A stretch of 33,327 nucleotides of DNA from an uncultured Brevundimonas sp. Its GTDB lineage: Bacteria; Pseudomonadota; Alphaproteobacteria; Caulobacterales; Caulobacteraceae. Numbering within the stretch: position 1 is the stretch's first letter; the number at the start of each line of letters is the position of its first letter. Location of the stretch: assembly GCA_964542145.1 (NCBI GenBank), contig CAZITK010000002.1, forward strand, positions 1-33,327, written 5' to 3'. This document shows, one piece after another, positions 18,656 to 27,937 of this stretch. The notes below the pieces were generated by a model, which was given only the letters and a program-made list of their open reading frames with translations, had not been told where the DNA came from and did no database searches. The position numbers were made by a program, and so were the translations under genes.

Positions 18656-19399
18656 TCAGCGACGCCGACGGCGGGCAGGTTTGCGCTCGGCCGCCGCGAG
18701 TTCCCAGGTTTCCCAGGGTCGGTAGAGGTGCAGACGCAGCTCGTCGCACAGCCTTTCCTCATCACGCGTTTGAGGCAGACGCTCGCGCAGAAGCGCGCCT
18801 TCGGCGTCATCGCGCCACACGCGGGTCACGTTGGCGATCTCGAACCCCGCGCGCATGAACAGCCCGGCCCAACTGGAGGGGGTCATGAACCCATAGCCGG
18901 CGCCTGTCCCGGCCTGCGGTCTTGCCGGCGCGCAACCCAGATTGACAATCGCCTCGCCACCCGGTCTCAACAGGTCGTACAGACGTCGCGTCCGCCGTTC
19001 GAGATGTTCCAGCGGCAGTTGCGCGTCCAACGCCGGCGCAAGGATGATATCGAAGCCGCTGTCGCCGAGCGTGTCCAGCAGGGCCAGATCACCGGCCAAT
19101 CGCAGCTTGCCTTCGAGATTGTCGGTGGGGGCGAAGACCGTAGCTCCAGCCTCCACACCCGTCACGGAGCGCGCCGCTCCGTGAGTGACAAAACGCGCGG
19201 CCAGCCGGCCGTCGCCGCACCCGACTACCAGGATGTCTGCATCCTCAAGCTGAGGTCCGAACTGCTGGTAGATGTTCTGCCAGGGCGCCAAGGCGGCGCG
19301 CTGGGCGGCCTCTTCCACCGGATCGTGCGCAATCTGAGGCGGCGAAAGCGTGTCGCGCGCCAGCTTGGCGAACCGCCGGATATTACGATTGACCTTCAT
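18656..19399 (-). CDS. Class I SAM-dependent methyltransferase
   Basis: ILVVGCGDG motif I, VTGVE, FDIIL, LLRPGGEAIV. Confidence 0.8.
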   Translation of the reverse strand: MKVNRNIRRFAKLARDTLSPPQIAHDPVEEAAQRAALAPWQNIYQQFGPQLEDADILVVGCGDGRLAARFVTHGAARSVTGVEAGATVFAPTDNLEGKLRLAGDLALLDTLGDSGFDIILAPALDAQLPLEHLERRTRRLYDLLRPGGEAIVNLGCAPARPQAGTGAGYGFMTPSSWAGLFMRAGFEIANVTRVWRDDAEGALLRERLPQTRDEERLCDELRLHLYRPWETWELAAAERKPARRRRR

Positions 19400-19407
19400 G
19401 ACCCCGC

Positions 19408-21801
19408 TTACTCCCGCACCGCGATGACGAGCAGACGGCCGGTGCCGATCTCGTTCTCGTCAAAGGGGGCGAACCGGGCGGGATGGTTCGCCAGGGTGGA
19501 TTTCTCGGGCCGCTCTTCGCCATAGCCGGCAACCGCCTCGATCTTCAGACCCGTGCCGCTAATCAGAGCCAGCCAGCCCGCAGGGGTCAAGGCCGTGCGG
19601 CGCTGCGTCTCATCGCCCAGATGGCCAAGCCCCGCCAGTTCGGGAAAGAGTATGACGTCGTCGCGTCCGACACCTGGCGTGCGGGTTCGTGTGGCGTAGG
19701 TTTCTATCACTAAGGCCAACCGTCCCCCCGCCGCGAGGGCCTCGGAGAAGGCTTTCACAACCGCAACGGCCTCGGCGAGATCTCCCACGCCCAACACGCC
19801 CGCGCTTGCGATCAGGTCATGGTTCCTGCCCTCGATCTCAGGCAGACCACCCGATCCCGGGTCCCACTCGAGCGCGGCGAGATCATGGGGTCGGAGGGCG
19901 GACGCGAGCGCTGCCGCTAGGCCGTCTCCTCGCCGTGACACTGATAGGGCGACGCGCGCGCCTTCCGTCGCACCCAGGGCCGCCAACCCTCGAGCATAGG
20001 CGTCCGCTCGGCCGGAGTCGGCGCGCGACGTGTCGTCGGCATCGCGCCGTGACGCTGGATCAGGCGGTTGAGGCGAGCCCACGAGCAGGGCCTGCCGATA
20101 GGCATTATCGTACCGACGTCCAATGGAGGGGCGGATCAGGCGGGCGCCGCGTCGATGTTCCAGTATCCGTTCCCACGCCGCCTCGCCAGATTGCGCCAGG
20201 CGCCGAGGGTCAACGTCGTCCGCCGATATGGACCGCAGGCCGCCCTCAGCGAGCCCCCGGACCAGATTGGCGAAGATGTCGAGCATCACCTCGCTGCGTC
20301 CGTCCGAAAAGCTGAAGCCACCCTCGGACCGGGCCCAGCCGGCGGTCAGCCAGGCCGATCGTTCGCGACGCAGGGTCTCGTTCCAGGCGTCCGCCCTCAC
20401 GGGCGAGACTGTATACTGGACCGCTAGAAGCGTCAGGGGGTCGATGAAGGCCGTAACCAGAGTTTCATCCGGCGCGCCGGGATGTTCTGGCGCCACCACC
20501 GCTCGGGCGAAGCTGTGAGCCATGCCGGCGACCATGGCGTCGGCGCCCTCCACAGCATGCCGGACCACCCGATCGCGTGTGTGAGCCGGCGTCGATACCA
20601 AGGTCGTCACCGGAATCACGGTCAACTCGTCCCGAGCCGCGAAGGGGTGAATGCGCGCCTGCATCCAGCGTGGCAGACGCGCCTGATCGACCGGGCGAGT
20701 GACCACTCCGCCGACACCGGCGTTCGCGAGAGCCTCCAGCGCCTTGGTGTTCAGATCGTCCGTTGCTATCCGCGCCAGGCGCGGCCGGCGACCGGTGATG
20801 GTTGTGAATCGGTCGACAGCTCGAGCCACAGCCGCTTCGATCTTTTCGCCCTCTCGGTCAAAAAGCGCGTCCCATGGATGGCGGCGGATCATCAACTCAG
20901 TGGAGTGTCCCGCCGCTTCAAGCCGGTGCGCCAGGGCAGAAAGCGGATTGTCCGCCGCAGCGAGTGCGTCGCCAGCCGCCGTGTCCAGAAAGAACACACC
21001 CGTCAGTCCCTGGGTCTGCAGTGTCTCAGCGACATGGGCCACCAGCCCCCCGCCAGCGTCGTCGAACCACTGCTCGGCGACGACGAGCCGCGGGTCCGGG
21101 CCCGAGGCGAGGCCCGGATCCGCCGTGACATCGACCGCGACCAGCAGGCGGCGGCCCAGACCAACGCCGTGCGCGCCGCGTGCATCCGGTTGACCCGGAC
21201 GCCAGGGGGAGTCGTTTTCTGCATCTCGTGGGCTGGGCTCGCGCGGGACGTCAATCAAGCGCTCAGCGCGCGCGAGGGCGGCGTTCACCATGTCCTCGGT
21301 GACAGGGCGCCACCGGGCGGAGGTCCAGCGGTCATCCACCCGCGCCAAGACGGCCCACTCCGCCTCCTGGCCTGTCAGTCGCCCTGGCGGAAGAAGGAAG
21401 CGGGGTTCGGCGCGCACGAAATCGCTGAAGCGCCGGTCGCGATCGGCTTTGTCACGCACCACCAGGCGGTAGCAGGTCGCCCGTTCGCGGGCTTCTCCAA
21501 CAATGAGGTCCGGCGCAGGGGTTTCGAAATCGTCCCCCACGCGATCGATGCCGGTGTAGTCCACCAGCCGACGGAACGGCGCCTCCACGTCGTCGGCAAA
21601 CCGCGACTCGACCCGGAACGCCAATTGATCGGACGACAAGCGGTAGTCCGCCGGTAGGCGGCACGACGGCCGACCGCCGTCATAGATGGTGCGCTGCTCG
21701 CCGGTTTCTTCGTTGCGGACGGCAACACGATAATGGCGGCCCACCCCGCCGGGCGGCCACGACAGATTGGGGTCGACTGGACGGCGACGGGTGGTTGTCA
21801 C
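19408..21801 (-). CDS. Multidomain hypothetical protein: two FN3-like repeats, a degenerate polysaccharide-deacetylase-like domain and a degenerate methyltransferase-like domain
   Basis: 797-aa ORF with GTG start overlapping the upstream stop (GTGA) and an 8-bp gap to the downstream gene. Domain calls rest on motif resemblance only (LLVAVDVT...GLTGVFFLD...AGHSTEL...ITGRRP; HDLIASAGVL...LAAGGRLALVI). Confidence 0.7.
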   Translation of the reverse strand: MTTTRRRPVDPNLSWPPGGVGRHYRVAVRNEETGEQRTIYDGGRPSCRLPADYRLSSDQLAFRVESRFADDVEAPFRRLVDYTGIDRVGDDFETPAPDLIVGEARERATCYRLVVRDKADRDRRFSDFVRAEPRFLLPPGRLTGQEAEWAVLARVDDRWTSARWRPVTEDMVNAALARAERLIDVPREPSPRDAENDSPWRPGQPDARGAHGVGLGRRLLVAVDVTADPGLASGPDPRLVVAEQWFDDAGGGLVAHVAETLQTQGLTGVFFLDTAAGDALAAADNPLSALAHRLEAAGHSTELMIRRHPWDALFDREGEKIEAAVARAVDRFTTITGRRPRLARIATDDLNTKALEALANAGVGGVVTRPVDQARLPRWMQARIHPFAARDELTVIPVTTLVSTPAHTRDRVVRHAVEGADAMVAGMAHSFARAVVAPEHPGAPDETLVTAFIDPLTLLAVQYTVSPVRADAWNETLRRERSAWLTAGWARSEGGFSFSDGRSEVMLDIFANLVRGLAEGGLRSISADDVDPRRLAQSGEAAWERILEHRRGARLIRPSIGRRYDNAYRQALLVGSPQPPDPASRRDADDTSRADSGRADAYARGLAALGATEGARVALSVSRRGDGLAAALASALRPHDLAALEWDPGSGGLPEIEGRNHDLIASAGVLGVGDLAEAVAVVKAFSEALAAGGRLALVIETYATRTRTPGVGRDDVILFPELAGLGHLGDETQRRTALTPAGWLALISGTGLKIEAVAGYGEERPEKSTLANHPARFAPFDENEIGTGRLLVIAVRE

Positions 21802-23585
21802 GCGCTGAGTCTCCGGAAAGCGATTTCGATCTCGTCGCTCTGATGGACGATCCTAATGCGCTTTCGCCCGATATCGAGAAGCAACTTGCCGGATAGTGAT
21901 GGTTTCATCGCCACCTGGCCTGACACATCTCCTGTGTCATCGAACGCGAACAGAGTGGCGATTACGGCCTGGGCTCCTCGCCGGCGAAAGGCGACGGCGG
22001 GCGCGGGTTCGATCTTGTTAGCAGCGGGCGACCACCAACCCTGCCGCAGCGGGCGTATCTGTCCGAGGTGCGGGCCTTCGGCTCGGGCGGGATCCCCGAG
22101 CGGTACGACGCGCAAGGCGGCGCCGGTTTCCTGACGCTCTGCAAAAAAGCCGTCGCCCTGGGCCGTGACGGTCCAGGCGGGGGAGAAGTGCAGCCACTGA
22201 CGATAATCGCGCTCCTGCGGACTTCGCTGGGCCAATCCGTCAACAAGGCAAAGCCACTGTCCTGGAGACAGCAGCCACAACCGACTATGGCTCACGGTGC
22301 CGTGCCGGACGCGCCCCATGGCGTAACGCACACCGCCCAGTTCGCCAGCGGCCAAAAGCGCCGATCCATAGGGCCGTCGCCGGCGGTCGTGGCTCTCGCC
22401 ATCGATCTCGATGGTGTTGTGGGCTGCGGTAGATTCCACGAACAGCCGCGTCGGATCGCTGTACCAGAAGCCCTTGCGCCGCAGCTCGCCCTGAGGCTCG
22501 GTCTTGGCGCCGTATGCGTAGCGGCCGGCATCGATCAGAATGTCTGTTCCGCGGTCCGTCCATATCAGGCTCATGTCGTCGGCCTGCTTGTGCGTGCGAG
22601 AGTGAAAGCACAGCGTCTGGGCAAGATAGGTCTGGCCCCGCTCGCCATGTGCGCGCACGGCAACATAGCCGCCCTCAGAAAACGCACGCATGCCCTCACG
22701 CAGCGGCTGCAGGTCCTCCAGAACGGCAGGGGGCACGGGACGGTGATCGCTGTCACCGAAATTCACCAGCCGCCCGTCGGGCTTGACGAACCAGGACAAG
22801 GCGCGCTCCGCGCGCGCAATCCGCTGAAACATCCCCTCGTCGTTCAGAAGCTCGGCGCGGATCAGGGCCTTGAAGCCTTCCAGAATGGCCAGGTGATAGT
22901 CGGGTGAATGCTCCTTGTGCACACCGTCCACCGCGAAGTGGCGCTCCAAGATCATTCTTAGTCGCTCAGTGGCGACAGCCGCTCCTTGTTCGCGGTCCTG
23001 AGGACGCAGCACTTTTCGGGTCAGGGCGAGCAGCCCCGCCGCCTGGAAAAAGCCGTGGTTACTGTGGGCGGCGAAGCGGTCTTCGTCCAGCAGCACCTCG
23101 AGATGAACCTGTAGCGATCGAAGCAAGGCCTCGATCTGCACCTCATCCATCAGACGGGCGTCCAGCGCTTCGTCCAGAAGGTAGCTCAGCCTGTAAGCGC
23201 GCAGGCCCACGGCCATATCGTACCAGACCGCTTCATTCGCGGCGGGGTCGGTCTGGTTACCATGCGCCGTAATCCAGTCGCGCACCACCGACACAGCAAG
23301 TCTGAGCGCTTCCAGATCACCGAGTTGCGACCAGCGGACCAGGGCTGGCTCGATCGGATCCAACGCCTGAAGATGATAATGCCAGGAGCGTCGCTCATCC
23401 GATGGCAGAGACCAGTCGATCGGTTCGTCCAGGGGCACGGCCGGCGCCGTTCCCAGCCGCCAGCCCAAGCGAACCAATTTGTCATAGCGGTCGCTCGTCG
23501 TCAGCGGAAGATAGGGGCGAGGCCGGCTCTGCGCCGGGCCGCCCGTCGCGCGAGGAGGGGGCATGGGCTCAGGCGGCGACAGCAT
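21798..23585 (-). CDS. Heparinase II/III family protein
   Basis: WYDMAVGLR, SNHGFFQ, HKEHSPDYH, FGDS, HKQADDMS, DAGRYAY, AHNTIEIDG. Start uncertain (ATG 23585 or 23564). Confidence 0.88.
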   Translation of the reverse strand: MLSPPEPMPPPRATGGPAQSRPRPYLPLTTSDRYDKLVRLGWRLGTAPAVPLDEPIDWSLPSDERRSWHYHLQALDPIEPALVRWSQLGDLEALRLAVSVVRDWITAHGNQTDPAANEAVWYDMAVGLRAYRLSYLLDEALDARLMDEVQIEALLRSLQVHLEVLLDEDRFAAHSNHGFFQAAGLLALTRKVLRPQDREQGAAVATERLRMILERHFAVDGVHKEHSPDYHLAILEGFKALIRAELLNDEGMFQRIARAERALSWFVKPDGRLVNFGDSDHRPVPPAVLEDLQPLREGMRAFSEGGYVAVRAHGERGQTYLAQTLCFHSRTHKQADDMSLIWTDRGTDILIDAGRYAYGAKTEPQGELRRKGFWYSDPTRLFVESTAAHNTIEIDGESHDRRRRPYGSALLAAGELGGVRYAMGRVRHGTVSHSRLWLLSPGQWLCLVDGLAQRSPQERDYRQWLHFSPAWTVTAQGDGFFAERQETGAALRVVPLGDPARAEGPHLGQIRPLRQGWWSPAANKIEPAPAVAFRRRGAQAVIATLFAFDDTGDVSGQVAMKPSLSGKLLLDIGRKRIRIVHQSDEIEIAFRRLSA

Positions 23586-25545
23586 GCCGGCCGTAGATGA
23601 GCTCCAGGCTATCGGCCGCGCGTGACCAGGTGAAGCGGCGCTCAACATCGGCCCGAGCGGCGCGGCCGATGGCGCGCGACTGGTCAGGGCGGTCCAAAAC
23701 GCCCCCCAGAACCTGGGTCAGCCCGTCAAGATCGCCCTTGGCGAACAGATAGCCGTTTGAGCCGTCGATGACCGTTTCCGAGATGGCGGAAACGTTGGAC
23801 GCCACCACCGGCAGCTCCATGGCCATGGCTTCCAGCGGCTTCAGCGGCGGCACCAACTCGGTCACGCGCGCGGGGCGGCGCGGATAAACGGCGACGTCCA
23901 TCACCGAATACCAGCGAGGGGCGTCCACATGCGGCACCCGGCCAGGCATGATGAGGTGGTCTGAGACATCGAGTTGACGCGCGGCTTCACGCACCTCGCG
24001 AAAGGCGGGCCCGTCGCCGACCAGAAGGGCGCAGACGTTCAGCCCATCCTTGCGCAGCCGCGCAAGGGCCCCGATGAGATCCACAAGTCCTTCGTATCCT
24101 GTCATCGAGCCGAGGAAGCCGAGCACCCTTCGTTCGCCCAATTCCAGCGACGCCATCAATCGCTCGTCCTTGGGGCGGGGGCTGAACACCTGGGGATCGA
24201 CGCTGTTGGGAATCACGGCGATCTTGCGTTCGTCGACCCCACGCGCGATCAGCTCGGTTTTGAGTCCCTGGGATATGGCCACCACGGCGTCGGCCTCGCT
24301 GGCGACGAAGGTTTCCTGCTGGCGCTGTAGCTCGAACCGCTCAGAGCCTTCCCAGTGAGGCGAGCGGGCGGCGTTGGTCAGCTCCCACAGGCCGCGCACC
24401 TCGTAGAGGAACGGCAAGCCTGCGCGCCGGGCCGCGAACAGGGCGGGGGCCGCGCTCACATAGTTTGACGCCGCGTGGACCAGGGCGGGACGCACCTTGT
24501 GAATATGCTGCTCCAAGGCGCGAGAGGCGGCGTCTACATAAGCGTCATAGGGCGTGGCGTTGGAAGGCGGACCCGCCAGCCGCGTATAGACCACGCCGTC
24601 GGTTTCATAGGCGGATTCCCGGCCCGTCATCGCCTGGGCGTCGTTGCGATCGGCCGGATAGCCTGGGCGCGTCACCGCCTCGACCCGCCAGCCCGCCTTG
24701 GCGATCGCCTTGATCAGCGAATGGGTGCGGGCGGCGTAGCCGGTGATGTGGTGAGGAAAGGACGAGGCCGCTACATACATCAGCGAACGGTCGGCGGGCG
24801 CGGTAAGGGGCCGAACGGGCGGCAACGCCAAGCCCTCGCGGCGGACCCGCGACAGAGCCTCCAGAATCTGCTGACGTCGGGCGGCGGCGCTGGTCGGGGT
24901 CAAGCCCTGTGCGCGAGCCTCTACCATGAGCCGCAGGGGCTCCTCGATCATACCTGCGTCATAGAGATAGCCGGCGAGCCAAATACGCCGGCGAGGTGAT
25001 GGATCGATCTCGAGAGAGCGCCGCGCCAGGCGTAGGCTCTTGTCGAAGTCCATCGGCTGCAATGCCGCAGCCAGATCTCCGATCAATCGGGCGGCCACAT
25101 CGGATGCTCGGCACTCTTTGACAGCGGCCTTGACCAGGTCCTCGACGCTCAACTGCATAGCTCGCGCGCTCAGACGCTGGATCCGCTCGGCCGCCTTCGC
25201 GTCGAAATCGGCTGTCTTGGCGCGCCGGCCCCTGAGCGACAGAGAGTGCTGTCGCAGCCGCCAGAGACCGCCGGGCAACTCCCACACGCCGCGCGGGGTG
25301 CGCGCCTTCAGGATCAGGCCGCCCAATTGGTACGACACCGTGTCGCGCAGCCGTTCGTTCTCGGCCGCCAGCGCCATGACCTTCAGGCGAAGCTGGGCGG
25401 CCTCGGCGGCCAGTCGCGCCATGCCGGCGGGCGTGCTCTCATGGGTCAGGATTTCGCCGGGCGCGGGGTCCGACGCCCCCGCCTCATCGGTCAGGTCGGC
25501 GCCGCCCGTATCGCCCGGATGACCAGTTGTCTGCGCCAAGTGCAA
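23569..25545 (-). CDS. Glycosyltransferase family 4 with N-terminal coiled-coil/TPR-like extension
   Basis: GYAARTH, YEVRGLWE, IPNSVD, GFLGS...YEGL, LVGDGP, GRVPH, PLKPLEAMAMELPVVASNV. Start uncertain (TTG 25545 or a later ATG). Confidence 0.9.
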   Translation of the reverse strand: MHLAQTTGHPGDTGGADLTDEAGASDPAPGEILTHESTPAGMARLAAEAAQLRLKVMALAAENERLRDTVSYQLGGLILKARTPRGVWELPGGLWRLRQHSLSLRGRRAKTADFDAKAAERIQRLSARAMQLSVEDLVKAAVKECRASDVAARLIGDLAAALQPMDFDKSLRLARRSLEIDPSPRRRIWLAGYLYDAGMIEEPLRLMVEARAQGLTPTSAAARRQQILEALSRVRREGLALPPVRPLTAPADRSLMYVAASSFPHHITGYAARTHSLIKAIAKAGWRVEAVTRPGYPADRNDAQAMTGRESAYETDGVVYTRLAGPPSNATPYDAYVDAASRALEQHIHKVRPALVHAASNYVSAAPALFAARRAGLPFLYEVRGLWELTNAARSPHWEGSERFELQRQQETFVASEADAVVAISQGLKTELIARGVDERKIAVIPNSVDPQVFSPRPKDERLMASLELGERRVLGFLGSMTGYEGLVDLIGALARLRKDGLNVCALLVGDGPAFREVREAARQLDVSDHLIMPGRVPHVDAPRWYSVMDVAVYPRRPARVTELVPPLKPLEAMAMELPVVASNVSAISETVIDGSNGYLFAKGDLDGLTQVLGGVLDRPDQSRAIGRAARADVERRFTWSRAADSLELIYGRHAVAA

Positions 25546-25569
25546 TCCGATGCGTGGGCTGGGATGGCC

Positions 25570-26838
25570 CTACTGCCACAGTCCGCAGGCATCGACCAGT
25601 ACGCCGGCGGGCCGATCCGCCTGATGGAACACACTGTGCGGCACCAGGGCCACGACGATCGGCTGTTTCAGCGCTTGATCGAGCGATACGATCTCGATCT
25701 CGGGCGGAGCTTTCAGGGCGGCCGCAAAGGGCTCGGCGCACACGACACGCCCAGGGAAACGGCGACTTAGACGCCTGGCGATCTCCAGCGCCGGGCTCTC
25801 GCGGAAATCATCGACATCAGCCTTGAATGTCAGACCCAGGCAACCCAGCCTTGCCTCCGGATCCAGCTCCAGCATGGCGGAAACCTTGTCCGTCAGCCAA
25901 GCGGGCTTATGGTCGTTCACTTCGCGGGCGACCCGGATCAGCCGCGCTTCTTCAGGCGCCTGATCGACGATGAACCACGGGTCCACGGCGATGCAATGGC
26001 CGCCGACCCCGGCGCCCGGTTTCAGGATGTCGACCCTGGGATGGCGGTTCGCCAGCTGAATGACGTCCCAGACGTTCAACCCCATCCTGTCACAGATCAG
26101 CGACAGCTCATTGGCGAAGGCGATGTTCACGTCCCGAAATGCGTTTTCTGTCAGTTTTACGAACTCCGCCGACCGATCATCCGTGAGCAGCAGCTCGCCG
26201 GTCGTGAGGGTTCGGTATACGGCTGCGGCGCGTCGGGCCCCGCGCGGGGTGGCGCCTCCCACAATACGGGCGTTGGAAGCCAGTTCGTTCAGCGTCTTTC
26301 CTGGAATCACGCGTTCGGGCGAATAAACGATATCGACGTCGATGGCGTGGTCGTCGAGCTCCGGCGTAGGGAAGCGCAGATCGGGGCGTTCAGAGGCCAT
26401 GATCTCGATCATTCGCCGGGTGGTGCCCACCGGCGATGTCGATTCCAAGACAACCAGCGCGCCGGGGGTCAGCGCCTTGGCCAGAGCTCTGGCCGCCCCG
26501 AAAACATGGCTGAGGTCGGGGCGATTCGATTCCGGGTGAACGGGCGTCGGCACGGTGATCAGATAGACGTCGGCGCGAGGGATCTCGGTCTGGGCGCGGA
26601 AGCCGCCTTCCCGGACCATTCGCCCGACCAGATGATCCAGCCCCGGCTCGATGATGTGAACCTTGCCGGCGTTGATTTGTTCGACGATCGCGGGATCGAT
26701 ATCCACCCCGATTACGGAATAGCCCGCCTCGGCCAAGGCCGCCCCCGTCGGGAGTCCGATGTAGCCCAGACCAACCACGCAGACAGTCTGCTGCTCGGCG
26801 GGGCGAGGCTGGAACTCAGCGTAGAGGGTCAGAGGCAA
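25570..26838 (-). CDS. wecC: UDP-N-acetyl-D-mannosamine dehydrogenase
   Basis: GLGYIGLPT, VPTP, ESTSPVGTT, PERVIPG, KLTENAFRDVNIAFANEL, GVGGHCIAVDPWF (catalytic Cys), GLTFKADVDDFRESP; TTG start with AAGGA RBS. Confidence 0.93.
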   Translation of the reverse strand: MPLTLYAEFQPRPAEQQTVCVVGLGYIGLPTGAALAEAGYSVIGVDIDPAIVEQINAGKVHIIEPGLDHLVGRMVREGGFRAQTEIPRADVYLITVPTPVHPESNRPDLSHVFGAARALAKALTPGALVVLESTSPVGTTRRMIEIMASERPDLRFPTPELDDHAIDVDIVYSPERVIPGKTLNELASNARIVGGATPRGARRAAAVYRTLTTGELLLTDDRSAEFVKLTENAFRDVNIAFANELSLICDRMGLNVWDVIQLANRHPRVDILKPGAGVGGHCIAVDPWFIVDQAPEEARLIRVAREVNDHKPAWLTDKVSAMLELDPEARLGCLGLTFKADVDDFRESPALEIARRLSRRFPGRVVCAEPFAAALKAPPEIEIVSLDQALKQPIVVALVPHSVFHQADRPAGVLVDACGLWQ

Positions 26839-27937
26839 GTCGCAGTCCTTCCACGATCCGGCGTGCGGCCTGGCCGTCGCCGTAGGGGTTGGCGGCGGCG
26901 GCGCGCGGCTCCGCTTCCAACACCGACATCACGCCCTTCGCGATAGCGTCCGGACTGGAGCCCACCAATCGCGCCGCCCCGATCTCGACGGCCTCGGGCC
27001 GTTCGGTCACATCCCGCATAACCAGCACCGGCGTTCCCAGCGTCGGCGCCTCCTCCTGGACGCCCCCCGAGTCCGTCACAATCACCGCCGCTCGAATCAT
27101 TAAGCGGACAAAGGTTTCATAATCCACCGGATCGATCAGATGAAGCCTCTCGCGACCCGCGAGCAAAGCCCTTACCGGAGCCTGAACCTCCGGGTTGAGA
27201 TGCACAGGATATATGATCTGCGCCACGCCGGCGTCGTCTAGCCGCCTCAGCGCCTCGCATATGCCCCTGAAGCCCTCACCGAAATTCTCTCGTCTGTGGC
27301 CCGTGACCAGCACCATCGGCCGGTGAGGGTCGATCGGGGGAAGACGGGCGTCGATCGCCTCGGCCCTTTCCGGTGAGGCCTCCAGCCGATCGCGCACTTC
27401 GATCAGGGCGTCCACGACCGTATTTCCGGTGACCGTTACACGCTCCGGCGGCACGTTCTCGGCAAGGAGGTTCTTCTTCGCGCCTTTGGTTGGGGCGAAC
27501 AGGCGGCTGGACACCATATCGACAAGGCGTCGGTTGAATTCCTCCGGCCAGGGCTGGTCCAGCCGACCGCTGCGCAGTCCCGCCTCGACATGTCCGATCG
27601 GTACGCGCGCGTGGAAGGCGGCGGTGGCGGCCGCGGCGGCTGTCGAAGTGTCGCCGTGCACCAAAATCCAGTCCGGGCGATCTTCCCGGATCAGACGCGC
27701 CACACCCGCCAGAATGGCTGCATAGACATCGCTCAGCGTCTGGCCGGGCGTCATCACGCCCAAGTCCCGATCCACGGCTATGTCGAACAGGCCCAGCGCC
27801 TGATCCAGCATCTCGCGATGCTGGCCGCTGGACCAAACCAGGGGGACCATGTCCGGAGCCGTCTGAAGCGCGCGCACCACCGGCGCCATCTTGATGGCCT
27901 CGGGCCGTGTGCCGATCACCACTGCGACGCGCTTCAT
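26816..27937 (-). CDS. wecB: UDP-N-acetylglucosamine 2-epimerase (non-hydrolysing)
   Basis: GTRPEAIKMAP, GQHREM, HGDT, HVEAGLRS, PWPEEFNR, TGHRREN, DSGGVQEEAP, NPYGDG. ATG 27937 overlaps the upstream stop (ATGA). Confidence 0.95.
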   Translation of the reverse strand: MKRVAVVIGTRPEAIKMAPVVRALQTAPDMVPLVWSSGQHREMLDQALGLFDIAVDRDLGVMTPGQTLSDVYAAILAGVARLIREDRPDWILVHGDTSTAAAAATAAFHARVPIGHVEAGLRSGRLDQPWPEEFNRRLVDMVSSRLFAPTKGAKKNLLAENVPPERVTVTGNTVVDALIEVRDRLEASPERAEAIDARLPPIDPHRPMVLVTGHRRENFGEGFRGICEALRRLDDAGVAQIIYPVHLNPEVQAPVRALLAGRERLHLIDPVDYETFVRLMIRAAVIVTDSGGVQEEAPTLGTPVLVMRDVTERPEAVEIGAARLVGSSPDAIAKGVMSVLEAEPRAAAANPYGDGQAARRIVEGLRLASDPLR

